The notes below the pieces were generated by a model. That model was not told where the DNA came from and made no database searches. It saw only the letters and a list, made by a program, of their open reading frames with translations. 64,000 nucleotides of DNA from Daphnia carinata (Eukaryota), in NCBI RefSeq assembly GCF_022539665.2, contig NC_081334.1:1178001-1242000 (forward strand), given 5' to 3'. The position numbers and the translations under genes are program-made. Every line of letters starts with the position of its first letter. Positions within the stretch are counted from its first letter, which is position 1. Positions 35,701 to 50,500 of this stretch are shown here, piece by piece.

Positions 35701-38700
35701 AGATGTCTAGACAAGTCGAAGGATTTCAAGGGATGGGCTCTTTAATGAACTGGCCCGTTTAATTGACACGGTAGCACTCGAAATTGATTCTTATAGTACA
35801 TCTATACGGTACAGTTTGACTTTTTCATTACGAACGTTGTTTTTTGCGCGTTACCATTAGTTTCGTCACCTGTACGATCCCTATCAACTTGCTAGCGTGC
35901 ATCTTCTCATTATTCGGGAGTTGACATTATTGAGATTTAGAAAAAAAAAAAAAAAAAAAGTAGAGTTTGAGTTGATACGTAGTCCTTTCACAACAGAGCC
36001 TGTGCATTGCATAAGCTCATTTCTGCGCTTCAAAAAAAGAGGAAAGGTGTTTGTATTGATTTTTAGACATCTACTAACATGCGATGCGGCAGCTGAGCCA
36101 AACGAAGTTTATAATCGAATACGCTATTTCTTTTTTTTTTGTAATTTCTTATAAATTTTGATTGGCCATTTGACGTTCGTTTTTTATGATCCAGCGCTTT
36201 ATAGTTGCAGGAAAATTGAAGTATACCTTAAACGAGTGGTAGCAGAAAACGAATGGGATTCTTTTTATGTTTCCTAATTTTTAACAGTGCAAGACCCATT
36301 GTGCTGTTTCATTTGAAAGGACGTATAGAGGCCACTGACCTGATAAATGGCGATCAACAGAGTGGTGGAAAGACATAGCGACGTTAATTCCGCCATCATG
36401 ACGGCGGCGTATGAGGCTTGTACTCCTGCAAAAAATTAGAGAGATTCCAATTAACAGAGTACACGAGCGCACAGGAAATAACGAGCAGCTATAAAATAAA
36501 TAAAAAAAGGAGGCACTATTGGAAATGGTTTTCTTCTATTTTAAGAGACCACGGCCTTCAATATAGCCAATTGTTAAAGAACGAACGTCCGTGGCGTATA
36601 TAATCAACTCTAGATTGGCGCTACATCAAGTGAGCCCACGCGATTGGATCCTTTGATTGGTTCAGTATTTATTTTCTTTTTTTTTCTATTTTGGAACCTT
36701 CTGAAAAGGTCGTCGTATGAAAGAAATGTTTTTGCTCGTCGCGAACGAAAACGGACGGCAGCCAATCTTGAACTCTGCGTAGTTCGAAAAATGCGCTCAC
36801 TGTGCCGTACGCTTTTGTACTGTTCAAATCGAACTCTGCAAAAAAGCCTTTTCCATTTTCCCATAGTCGTTGTCAAATACGCAATTTCACTTTCATCTAT
36901 TTCTTTTTTTTTTTTTTCGTACACATTTTTGTACGTACAATTAGCGGGATAACAAATCTCGCAGGACTTCATTTGGCAAACGCATATGGCGAGACCTTCG
37001 TCCTTCACAGCGCTTCGTCAGCATAATGCCATGCTTATTTTATGTGTAAAGCTAACGAGAGCCAAACGATGAAGTGTCCACTGGTTTTTTTTTTTTTTTT
37101 TTACGATAAGAAAGGCAAAAGAATAAAAGGCGGATGGACATAAAAATGAAGAATAATGTGCTTACCCCAGTACACGTCGGCCATATGTTTGGCTTGATAA
37201 GACGTAGCGACGGCCAAAAAACAATAGCCGAAGAAGGTGATTGAGGACGCACACTGCAAAAAAAAAAAAAAAAAGAAATAAAATGAAAATAAACAACGTT
37301 AGAATTGCACTAGATAGAAAAAATCCTAAAGGAAAATCAAACAGGAAAGTGAGCATATGCGATAAATCGATAGGCGCGCAGGGGTGTATGTACACATATA
37401 AAACTTCATAAATAGGTCCTCGCATACATACAGCATTGCGCTAATCTCCTTCTAGTTGGAGAAACTTGACGCAAAAATCCCACCCACTGTACAAAAACAT
37501 TTCAGTTGATTTTTAAAGCGTGCTTTCAATCCAATAGCATTTTTGGCCTGATACGGCGGTTATCTACCAAGAGCATTATCAATATGCCACGCCTTTTTCA
37601 ATAAGCTATACAAGACCAACGTCAAGAGATAAAGGCAGCAAGCGTATCAGTGGTTCGTCCGCATGACGGGCTGTTGTTTCCCATTTATCATACGCTCTAT
37701 TGTTGTTGCCAATTGGACGATAAAAAAACAAGGCAGCGAAGATGAAAGAAAAAAAACTTTCGAAACAGATAAACACGGAAAAAGGAAAAACGCCAAAAAA
37801 TATGGCGCTCTTCATTCATTCACCACTCTTTTTTTTTTTTTTTTTTTTTTAAACAGTGTTATGGATTTGCGTGTCTATTCCTATAAGAGATATCACCCAT
37901 AGTCGCATACATTGTTTTCTAGCCTAATAGAATATAGATTCACTTTCCCAGTCTTTATAGTATTGTTTAAAGATTTAAAAATTTCATTCAATTTGCGATG
38001 GTCGCACTCGCTATACATCGCCTCGCACCTCGTTAATTTCAATCAGTGGGAGCGTGATGAATGCCTCAGTTTCACACGGAGGCTTCACGCAGAAAGGGGT
38101 TCTTCGCAGCGAAAATGTCGACAGTGATCGATGTATCCATTGGGCTATCATCGAGTTCTACGAATAATGGGATAATAGGACTATTCCGTTTTGATGTAAT
38201 AAAAGAAAAACGGGACGTGAAAGAAAAACGACAAAGTTATAGCCGATCGGGGCTTTTTCTGGTTAGAGAAAAAAAAAAATGTTAATTGAGAAAAAAAAAA
38301 AAAAGAAGAAGAAACTTGCTATTGCGTAAACGGCGGCGACAACGGCAGCTTGGCGATCGTTGAGAACGAATGGAGTGAAATGACAATTGTGTCTGCGAAA
38401 TGATCGGTCGTCGTATGTGCCCGAACCGAAATTGCTGCCTTCGATTAGGGGCTGATTGGCTGCCGTTGACGAATCCATTTGGCTGATTAATATACCTAGA
38501 TATATCGATCAAACGTGACTCCAATGGCTTTTTGACCTTTGAAACAATTTTTTAATCGAAAATGAAATCGAGGGGGGAAGAATGCAATCTCACAGGTCTT
38601 TCACGCGCACAAATTTCGTTTTGAAATGATCGGTGAACGTGCTGAATTGAGGAGCTCATCAGCAGCGCTTCCTCTATTAAACCAGAAGGGATTTTTTAGT

Positions 38701-41700
38701 TCCGGTGTTTGATAGGAAAAAAAAAGCACAACTAAGCGTTAATTGATGTCCAACTCGACTGAAATCGAAACATGTTTTCTGTGTTACATTGACCGTTTGT
38801 AGTTCGTTTAACAGGTAAACATAAACGTAGCCAATCGTGCAGGTAGACAACACGTCAGAACCCAACTAGCTGATTTGTATTTCCAGAAAACTGATCTCAA
38901 ACAGTTTCACGACGAAAGTAAGCTGTGCATAACGTTCGACACTCACGCGGACGACCCAACAAAAATGCGCACTACGCCCAATAAAATCTTTTAACGAAAA
39001 AAATAAGGAACAAAAACACCGGAGACTTTGGAGAAGTCAGGACGTGCACAACTGGATCGCTAGCTGGTACATACGTGACTGTTTGAAGAAGATAAAAAAA
39101 AAGATGCGAGTCCTCGACGTTGACCCAATGGGTTCACGATAGTGTGAAACCTCGTTGCTTCCTCTATTTGGTTTCGATCCTTCTGCGCAACCGCAGTCAG
39201 TCCTCAATCCAAATAGGGAGGGTCCATTTTTCTCTCTTTTCACGTTTGTTTACACTATGTTGCATACACCTGCTCAAGTGGAAAGTGAATGCCACATTGT
39301 TGTTGTGTATCTTCTTTCGTTAACGAGCAGCTTTTAACTTGGAGCGTAAACAATGTCAATGTTTGTTTTTTTTGGAGGAGGGGTGGGGATTAAATGCCCG
39401 TCTTCTGAATTTTTATGGAAATGAGAAATCGTTTTCTTGCTAATGACCTAGCAGGTGGTGGTGGTGGTGGTGGACGTGAAACGATGTATTGATTCTCTGC
39501 TTGTACGTAGCGGCTTTGATTTAAAGATCCCCATCAACAATGTGCTCCGCATTTTCAATAAATCATTGCGTCTTGTATTCAATGAATATCCAACGCATTT
39601 TTTTATTTCATACAAAATAAGTTTTTGAATTGGTTACAAGAAAAAAAAAAAAAAAAAGAAGAGGGAGGAGTAAATAAGAAAATCGTTGCACAATGAATAA
39701 GGATGAAGAACAGCGCGCGAGCCAATTAAGCCTACACGTCGTAGCTTGAGTGAATTATAGATTAGGTCTAACAACGTTGTGTCCCGTAACCTATTGTTGC
39801 CTTTTCCCATTTTTCTCACGATCTGTTTTCCTTTCTCTTATCCTATACGCACAAACGGTGCTATGTGTCGTTCGTGATTTCGACGTGCCGTGCTTTCACA
39901 GCCCAACCGGCAGTCGCCCATGACTTCCATCCGCAAACTGAATTTGTTTATGAAGAACGAAGCAGCTACATCAAATCGATAGATGAAAAAAAAAAAAAAA
40001 AGCTTGGGAGGAAAGAAAACTATTGATAAAGAGAAGGCGGGGGCATGCCCAGTATTCGAGTAGTACATGGCCAGTAAACTATAGGTCTATACAGCCTATA
40101 TATCCGATGAAGAAAAGAATCCCGTAAATTGGATCTGCCCTTTCCAAATAAGAAAAACAGAGGCGAACAAAAAAAAAAAAAAAAAAAAAAAAAAGAACCT
40201 ACGTAAGAGAAAAGGGAAAGGCGATAGAAAATTAATAAAAAAAAAAAAATAATAATAGTAATAACGTCGTAGCCTAGCAACTCTCAACTCCCATCCTTTT
40301 TTTTTTTTAGGGTAAGGGAATACAACTTCCTCTTTTTTTTTTCCAACGTTTCCAAAAGTCTTGTTGGTAACGTTCAATAAGTGAAATCCCATCTTTGGCG
40401 TGCATTAGAACTAATATAAGAACAGCAAACTCAAGGTATTATAGATGTTTGAAAGATCAGGATTTATTGGTAGTATTAATGAGCTTTCGTCGTATAGCCC
40501 AGATCTTATTGCTGTCTAACAGATTGGCCTTCTCCCTTCCGGCAAAAAAAAAAAATGAAAAAAAAAAAAGGAAAATGCCAAGAGCAAATCCGTGACAAAC
40601 GCCAACGCAGATAATATATGTTACAAAGCATTTTTAAGCCGATGCAAAGAAGAAAGTATATAATGTACAGCTAATGCAATACGCAGCCGCAGAACGGAAG
40701 CCTATCAAGAAAAGGATTGGGATAGAATTATAGCTAAAAAGAATAAACACGATCGGCTTTTTAAAAAAAAAAAAAAAATAGGATCTTCTATTTTAACACA
40801 GACTTAGCAGCCACGATATGAAGCTGATGAAACTAAATGTTTCGACGTTACTTTGTGGGATTAGACGAGTGTACAAAACTGTTTTGATCCGGAATTTTGA
40901 AATGAAATTTTAGCCAATGAATGCCCCGTATTTTGTTTCTTATTGTTTTTGCGCGTGGATTCATGCAACTTGCAATGTTCGCTCAATGACTTTGGAGTTC
41001 GGTGCAAACGCACGCGAACATTGTAACAACCAGCAAAGTTTTCGGCTGCTCAAATTGATTGACGCTACACAACCGACTTCAGATTGACTACTATGATTGC
41101 CTCATGATTACGTCGGATGCTTGTGTAGCCCGCTAAAAGTTGCGTGTTATTTCTTCGCTTCCGGCTAGATACATACTAAAGCGTCAGCTATGAGCCCTTG
41201 TGGGCAAACGGGGGGTTCTCCGATCGATTAAAATGCGATGACGGTCGGCCAATCGCCGTTGGTCCGTCTACTGTACTAGACTCGTGGCAACATTCTCTTT
41301 GATTTTCCCCATGCCAATTTCACGCTTCCATGATGAAATCGTGGTAAAGAGAAGAGTAACCGTGGCTCTCCATTCTATATGGTCATGACTTATGCAACGC
41401 ACAACTGGGTTCCAAACTACTTAAGCAACAGTTTCCTCCGGCCTATTGACACACGTATCAGACGAACTCAAGCAACTGGCAACTTGCAATCTGCCACAGT
41501 TAAAAAAAGCCTTTCAATCAATGCGTCTTTTGGTAAATCAAAAGAAACGCGATATCAAGAAGGGGGGGGGGGGGCACTGTGAACGATGTCTACAAAAAAA
41601 CAGTTGGCCGAACCCAAAGGCCTGCAATCACGACGATGAGCAAACATATAGGTTGCACCGCGCGCAAACAGTACGCAATGCAAACGATCGATGGTTGCAC

Positions 41701-44700
41701 AAACTTTGGCAGGCAAAGGGCGATTAGACAAAACACATCGTCTTATATGCAAGATAAAACTACACGCTCGAGTAAGTTTCATCGCTTAATGCTGCCTATA
41801 GTTGCGTGAATAAGCGAACGGGGGGGGGGGGGGTAAACAGCGTTAGTTTTAAACCTTCCGCCTTCACGTATCAAAACTATTTTGAAATGCGCCCCGTCTT
41901 GCGGGGAAACGGGTTGATTCTTATACCTCTCCACCAATCTCCGCATTTCGATGCTTGAGTTAGTTCGGGTTGAGCACAGAGTGTGTTAATGCTCCTTTAG
42001 TCTTTGTTTTTTGAAGGAGAGAGGCCCTAGTTTATTCAAACGACTTGTGGATTATCGCAAACGGTGGCAGCGGCACGTGCCCGGCTTTAAGCAAACTGAA
42101 ACGAAAAATACAAAATATTCTTCGTTTGCCTATAAACATTTGATCAAAAACTCTATGCATGCAAATTTTCATATTTATTTACGGTATCTATGCAGGCGTG
42201 TGTGCGATACCAAATTTTTAAAAAATGGTATTCCGCTTTTTCAAATTCGACTTTAGTGCGCTATATGCGCAAACTGTTTGTGCGTGAATGTTTATACAAG
42301 TAACGGTAATCGATCTTTGGCTGCTGTTGCTTTCCCCACTCCATCGCAAGTCAAACAAAGGAAGGCCTGGTTAAAATACGCGAGGCCAGCAGAGCCAATG
42401 ACGTTTACCAGCCTCGCATTAAACCATGATCGTTTAAAGGGAATTTTGAGCAGAATAAAGGATCACGCAGTATATTGGTCAAGAACGGTGGTCTCTCCTA
42501 CGATTCTATGTCGTAAAAGCCGGAAGTTCAATGTTACGCATTCAAGCATGCCACACCTGAGGGATGTGGAGTTAGCACGAACCTTTAAAAATGCACGAGA
42601 GATTTCAAGTTCGTTTGTTGGCCTAACGACAGTTGCGAAATGTGTGCAGTGAAAACACGTACACGCCTTTCGACATTGTAATCGTCAAATGTCACGCAAA
42701 CCGGTGCAGGTAGAAAAAAAAATAGCAATGAACACACCCAAAGTCATTGAGTAAATGACGTCAAACGTTCGTAGGGATCGAAATTCTAAAGGCAGGTGTT
42801 TCTACAACGTTGTGGGCGGATTTTGATGCCTTTCGAATGGGTACGTTGTTTGATTTCGTACCGCGGGAATATGTTTCGTATAGGTACAAATGTATAATCA
42901 AACGCGAAAGAACTCCACCCCCCCCCCCCCCAAAAAAAAAAAAGGCTGACTTGTAATGCAAAAAAACGTGAAAAGAAAACTTCCGATTGAACTTCCAACA
43001 ACATGTTTGATTAAAATGAGTCTTTCTTTCAAGAAAAAAAAAAAAAGATTCACCTCATCAGTTTCTACGGTACGCCTTACAAAGGATGAAGTTCCTCAAT
43101 AATTGAGATGCAAATCTAGTGCAGGTTTTCAAATGAAACGGAAATTAAAAGCAACCGAACCGATCTGTTGCCTTTGATTCAATCATAAAATAGAACGAAA
43201 AAAAAAAAGAAATCAAAAGCTATTGAAGCAACTTGATTGAAAAATAAAAATACGTCGCATTATCTACTACTCGCTCTCACATGCTGTACATAGTAGAGGG
43301 TTCAGGTTATCGAAGAGAAAGTGGTGATGAATGTTTTACCTGCATTTCTTTGGCCAGACCATTTTCATTGAAGACCGGACGAACTCGTTTGTCAGCAGTT
43401 GGCGGCACTCGTGTGGGGGTTTGCAAGTTATTTTGGTGCACACCTTTCCGGATTCTCACTCCCAGCGAACTATGTTGCACATGTCCGATTGATTGACACA
43501 GTTAATCTGATTTGAGATGGAAGAAACGCGAATGACGTTGTTTCCTGCGTTATGCACTTTCGTTGGGATCAGCCAGACCACACTCGAGAAAGCGAAAAAC
43601 ACGACTAGCTAAATTTTGTGTAGGGATGTGTGGCATTTGTCCCAATTAGGGGGTTGAGAGAGAAAGTGACGTAATGAAAGGTAGGGTGAACAAAATAGGT
43701 AAGAAAAATTGCGCTGTTGACAGATCACCGAATTTGTGACGTAATCATTTTTGAATAACTGTAAGTACAACAACATGAAATTTTATTAAGAAATAGGAAT
43801 GGTCCGTTTAAAAATTAGGTCAGCATTTCTATTCACGTTGAGGTATTTTTACTCACGCGACTTTGTGGCTTTGCGGTATAACGAAAATCGGACATCACCA
43901 CCAACAAGAACGATTCGGTTTCAGTCTGCGCGATAAAAGTTTTAAAGAAAAATTAGGTTAATTATTAAATCGTGCTTACCTGGGCGTACAACACCTGATG
44001 TAGCATTCGATCTCGTTTTCTTATGTTTGTGTGTTTCCATCCAGTTAAAAAAAAAATAACGGGGAATATCAACAGACGTCATCAAATAATTTCTCTTTGA
44101 ACTTTGCGTTTACTGAACATTTTCAAAAGTTTTAGATTCAACGGTGACGATAGACAAGATGAGAATTGCTTGGAATTTTCAAAAAAAATGAAAAGGAATA
44201 ACTATTTCTAACGCTGAAGTGGAATGGCTCAGTCATCATGGAAGGTATACGAACGGAAAAAGTGTGTCCCGCTCTCCGACTTCTTTCATTTCGATGGAAT
44301 GAAAAGATTGTGGAGCATCCCCCTCTTCACTATTTTCTTTGTCCGCTCCACCATTTCAAAGTGCTCGCTTTTCGCACTTCTTTAATCCGCTTTACATGAT
44401 GAGGAATCTACAGCATTTACGAACAAAGATAAATAAAGAATTTAAAATTTCAATACATGTTTCTTTTACGTCATCTATACGTACACGTTTAAGCTGATGG
44501 ATTCCAATTGCTTGCGTGGTTCAACATATCGGAGCACGTCACAACAGTCTGATGGCGAACCAAAGTAGAGCAACGTCATTTACTTTGACGTGAAAGAGAG
44601 CTGCTTTATAGAGCCTACCCTTTCTTCTCCTTTCCAGTATAATATTCTGCCTTTTGTGGTGGATGTGCTTTATCTCATCACGCTGCTCTTTAGCCCTCTT

Positions 44701-45043
44701 ATGGAACAATATGCCGTCTGCCTTTTCATACAGTTTTGTTGTTGCAGCACGCTGTCACGACACCTCCCGTTTTTCCTCCCCCCCCCATACACGAAACACA
44801 AATCCCTTCGTCATGTCTCTTCACAGCAAGATTATGAATTTCACTTCAATCAGCACGAGAGTGAGCTCTGCTTTTCATGTGCTATTCAGCTTATTTAGCT
44901 CTATCTTGAGTGCTGCCTGCGCCCTGCTTTTACAAGCATATCTATTTATATAGAAATTTCGACATAAGATATCGACCAGACGTCTGCATTTTTAAAGCGA
45001 TCAGCTACATCATAACGCAGACGTTGCGCTACACCAAAGCTGG

Positions 45044-45087
45044 GCTTTAAATAAATAAAAGCTGCGCTTTAAATAAATAAAAGCTGC
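45044..45087 (+). repeat. 22-bp perfect tandem duplication (gctttaaataaataaaagctgc x2)
   Basis: Directly visible in the sequence. Confidence 0.9.
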
Positions 45088-47585
45088 GCTAACGAGAAAC
45101 TCTTACGTGGTACATCGCAAAGTTTGCCGGTGATTCGACGTTTATTAATGAATAGTCACTCATAGTTTGGCTGCCAACAGTCTATTATTTACTATGGCCT
45201 ATCGCAGGATCTCGTAGAAGACACACGACGAGCAATAAATCCATCCATTGCTCTTTAAAAATGACGTATAAACTTTACATTAACTTGCAACATAGTTTCT
45301 GTTTAGCTTAGTTTCGATCACGGTTGCATCCAGAAAGTTTATCTTTGTGATAGAAGTTGAGGCCAGAGTGCTAACGTCTATCAAAGTTTTCACGTTATAT
45401 GTTTACACGAGTTTACAATTGGGCGCATCTGGCATAGTTATTACTTCAACTACAAGCATATAAAGTGCATTCCCCCTTTTTAAAATTGAAAAAAAAACAA
45501 GGATTCGTGTAAGTTGTCAACATCCATTGGCTCGGGACCGGATATCCTGTGTCGTGATAACGGCTCCTAATTAGAAGCACGTATAACTATATAGCCGTAT
45601 AGTTCCAAGGTCTGAAAAGATTTTCAAATATAATGCCGTCGTGTTTGCATTTAAAAAATGGCACAGGGATATGTCGTCGTGCCTTCTAGATTGCTGATGA
45701 CATTGCGATCCATTCTTCCAACGCACCGTAGATAAAAAAAATGGTAGAATGATGCAACGAGCCGTTATTGCGCGAAGGGCGAGATCGATCGAATCAAGGA
45801 TGAAACACAAAGCTCACGGTATAAAGTAATGAGAAAAAAAGAAGAAGCGAGGGAATGCAAAGTAGAACGAAAACGGGTATGAAATAGCTCATCATAGCAG
45901 ACAGTTGGCATTCAATATTGCCGCGCACAATGGCTGTTTTTGAATATCCAGATGGTGCCTTTTTTCTCTTCACGGGCATTCGTATCGCCTGCACAATCCG
46001 AATGTTCTGCCATTTCCATAAATCCAACGAGATGACATCGTGTTCAGCCGCAGAGTTGTTAGAAAAACGCAGTTTGGTTTGTCATTTCTTTTTTTCAACA
46101 ACAAACTTCTCGTACGATCATCGGAGCACGACAAAAGGCATATCGATCGAGCTCTTGTTTGCTCGTTACTTTGTGTTTGGCACGTGCACGATGTTGCCCT
46201 TTTTTCCCAATGATTTTGGTAGCGGTCCCATTACGCACTGTAATGAACAAACGAACGTATCGAAAAAAAAAATGGTTTGTTTCAATCTTAATCAGTTCTC
46301 AGGAAGAACGCGTACATTGACAAGCAACAAGCGAAAGCCACCGAACTGAATGCGAAATTTAATTAGTTCTAAAAAGCCATTCATTTGCGTTGAAACATTA
46401 AAGACGACGTACTCTCTGACTGTGTAATTGAACGATCGCGCAAACCGTTAGAATAGAATCGTGAGGCCGTTACCTTTGATATTTTTCGTTTTTAAAGGGG
46501 AGCGCTATGCGAGGCGGTGAGTTTTAATTGCAAGTTTACGGACGTGTGCAATTAGTGTAACATCCGCCCATTTTTTTTTCGGACAGTCACACTCTACTAG
46601 CCTGCGTATGTTGTAATAAGAGATCAGACAGAAATAGATAGAATGCTAGCCACTTACGCCCTGCTTTGTTCCTCGGCTCACTTGACGAGCAACCATGGCA
46701 TCATCGGATGAACTAGAAAACACTTTCAGCTGTTATGTTCGCTAAAGATAAGAGTCCCAAACAGGACAAGCTGGGAATAGACGATGGGCAAAAGAGATCG
46801 CATGTTTCGAGCTACGTGACTAAACGCGAATATCTGAAGCGACTGATGCATTTTGCAAAGCATGTTAAAGGAGATGTATCCACTCATATGTTATTCTTCT
46901 TAGAAGGCAACGAGACGATAAATGTTGTAAAAATTGTGTGTGTGTACGTAAAACAAGCGATCCCGGTTTCTCTCAGCTTGCTCAGTTAATCATAAAGGCC
47001 GGCACAATGGCGGGACCTTTCTATGTATGGACCGGTTTTTTTTTTCTTTTCTTTCTCCTTTTCTAAAAAAAAAATAAAATAATTTATTCAAAAGAGAGAA
47101 CTCGAGTGGGGGATCGACTCCTCCTACCGTACGATGTTGGCGGCAGGTATATGGACGCCAACAGTTTGAAAGACGGGGTCTTTTCCCATTCTTGAAAAGT
47201 GGGATTTTTTTTTTTTTCGAGATTGGGCCAATGCCATATACTATGTCGGGGCTTATAACGCACGCTATTATACAAGTATATACCGTCCCCCTTTTGTCTA
47301 GCGTCTAAAGCGCTAGCGTTCATTTTCGCGTTTTCACTTTCCTTCAAGACGAAACGAAGAAGAAGGAAAAAGGACGAACGCTACAGAGGAGACCTTCCGT
47401 CAGACAGTTGCGATCGCACTGGTCTGCTCGAGTGGTTGTCATTTTCAAGAGCTCTCTGGGTTTTTCTTTTTGTATTCATATTGCGGGACAAAATTTAAAA
47501 AAAAAAGTCTTAATTGATTTGAGGCTCCTAGAAGATTCAAACAATTTCATTTGCTAAACAAGCTGTGAAATACGGTGAGCAAGAA

Positions 47586-50500
47586 ATGGTTGCTCCGATG
47601 CTTCTCCTCGGATTCGTTTTGATTGCGTGCATCCGCGCCGGTAAGTTTGAATTATTTTTCCAGAGAATTTCATGTTTCGATCGCCCTGATTCATTTACCT
47701 TCCGCATTTGAATTTAGATTTTTGAACGAACGAGCATTTCATTCGAATTGCCGCGTTCCCCTTTTTCAATTCATTCGTTTTTTTTTTCGCGATGACGGTT
47801 CTCCCGATGAATTAAAACAGTCCCAAAAATTTGAAACTCTCAGTAATCGATGCGTGAAAAGCAACAGGTCTGATGTGTTGGAAAGTTTTCTCTTTCTATA
47901 TTTAACACCCGATCCCTATAAAAAAAAGGGACGCACAACAAGATCTAAATAAAAAAAACAAAATGTTGCACGTCACTTTTCAAGGGTTAGTTAACGATGG
48001 TGTTGGTTCGCTTAGCTCGAGGGCAGGGTGTTAGTCGAGATTCAATCCGTATGCTGATGACCATACATGGTAAGGTATTACCTTGAAAAAAAAAAAAGAG
48101 AGAAGATAACCTTCAACCTGGTTGTTTTTTAAGGGCGGGAGGAATGATAATTTCTCAACACGATGGGTGGTGACGTATCTGCGTTATTTTTCGAAATGGA
48201 CTTTAGCCGAGTGTTGCATACTTGGTGGTAGTGCCCAATTTCGTAAACTGGTTGAAATTGTCAAGCGACGTGTATGGTATTAAGCGTCAATGCGTAGCGA
48301 ATTGTACCGTCACGCTATTTCTTGAAAAAACACAGGCGAGTTGGCCAATGGATTTTCGGGCCTCCTTTTTAGTGTATAGTTACAAGGACTATCGTCTTTA
48401 TTTTTACTCGAGTGTTGCGCTCTTGCGAAAGATGATGAAACTTAATGGGCCACGGCGACCTGTTGAGCCCAAAACACACAAAATTGCCCAGTCCTGACGA
48501 AGGACTGCTGTATAACATCGGCCGTAAATGGAGTTAGGACCTTGAGATGGGGAATGTATAAATAATTTTTTCGAAAAAAAAATATATAGATTTATTTTAA
48601 AGACGTTTCGGAGGGGCGTAGGAGGTTCCAGCGTCCGGTGAAAATTGTCGGGCGTCGACTTCATCAATTTCAAGCGGATGGAATTTTTTTTTTAAGGGGG
48701 GAAGGGAATCTTTTTGTCTTTTCACGGTTTTCCTAACAAACCCCAATGTTTAAAAGATGAAACACAAAACCCAAGCGTGTTGAAATGACGCGTTCATTTG
48801 TTTTACAAAGACAGGACGCTTTGTCTTGGACTATGACGTCAGCAGTCACACGGGGCAAACGGGTATATGCCATTGGAATCGATCTTCAAACTGTTTCTTT
48901 AAAAAAAAAAGGGTTCCAACTTTCACTTGATAGTGTGTGGCCCACGGTCGTAGACACTATAAAACTGTTGACTCGGTTTCCAGTACACGAGAGAGTTTAT
49001 ACCATCAGAGAGAGGGGGGGGGGGCTGGTGACTGGCGCGAAACCAAAACGAATAAACTCGATAGTGATAACAACAAACGGACGAACATGGAGTTTATGGA
49101 TACTGGATAATTCACAAATAGTTTCAGCTATGTGCTCCTCAATATGGAATTGAATTCAATTATTTTTCGAAACGAAAAATGGCAATATTTTCCAATGGAT
49201 GGGGGCATCACTCAGGTTTTCAGCCGCAACCATTTGCTCGTGTGGGAAAAGAAATCGAGTGACCAGGAATTCGATTAGAAAAAAAAACAAAAAAAAAATC
49301 GGATAGAAAGAATTGAAAAATGTGATACATAAGAAGAAGAAGAAGAAAAACGTGACTGCGCGCATAAGGGCCCATCACAACAACTTTCTCTGCTTAGTTT
49401 GGAAAGACGGGAGAGAAAGTTGGATGGACTGTTAATAGCCGTCCTTTTTTTTTTTTTCTTAAAGAAACACGTACGGCACGCACGACGGGATTTGTTTTTT
49501 TCTTTCTTTTCTTTTCCTGTTTTGATTGTTATTTATATTTCTGATTGTCTTTTCTTTTGTGTGTGTGTTTTTTTATGGTTTTTTTTTTCTTTCTTTCTAT
49601 GGTTTCTTATTTGTATGGTGTAGCTGTTTCCGCCCCTGGAAATGTGTAGCAAAACAAAACTAATGATGATCATCAAAAGAAAGATCAGTTGGTTGTCCGC
49701 CTTTTTTTTGTTTTTGCTTTCCGAAAATGACTGAAGAACTTGTTTGGCGGTTTATCTGAGCGTCGCACGAAAAGATCTAGCGACTCATTAAATGCAATTC
49801 CTTTTTGTTTTCCTCTTCGTTGCAGCCGCTTCGTTGTTTCGAATTCAGCAACGCCCTTTGAATCTCAAAGATGTACGGCGTACGAATTTTTTTTTTTTTT
49901 CAAAATGCAGAAATGAAACGAAATCTCGAAAAATGCTCGATTGAAACACGGAAACGAACGTAAAAACTAGCAAAGTGTGAAATGTTTTGCCTTATTATTT
50001 GCGGGGTTAAGCAGGGGAAACACGAAACGATGACGACGTTATCGCGTGTTCAAGCGGACGAGAGAAACAAACGCAGGTGTACCTCGTCAGAAATGCGCAA
50101 GAACTCGCAGAAATCACGAAAGAAAAAAAGATATTCTTTTACATTTCAAACAGACTTCAAGAGGAATAAAAAAGGACTTGGAGCTTTGTGTGTTTCCTGT
50201 TGCGCATTGTGTGCGCGCACAACGACTCAAATCGTTTGCTTTTGTTGTCATAGCGTTGCACATCCGGCCTTTTTCGTCCAGAATGGCCGCTTTTTCAAAG
50301 AGCATAGGGGTTATGCAAAGTTAATGGACATCCGCTGTGTCAACAAAAGTTTTGCCCGAACATGATTTTCTTTTAACAACTGTCAACATGCCCATCTGAC
50401 TTTTTCCCTTTCGTTATTTATTGATGATGTCTTGCTTTTCCGCAGCTACCCTCGGAGACGGACGGACGAGTTTGATCGACGGAAGACCAATCGACTGTAA

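Noticed and set aside
44225..44245. tggctcagt resembling the start of miR-24
   Set aside because: Only 9 nt match, with no precursor hairpin, to a vertebrate family.
30546..47347. Numerous 60-140 aa ORFs rich in Phe/Lys
   Set aside because: They derive from poly-A/T runs, with no domain signal or consistent splice structure.
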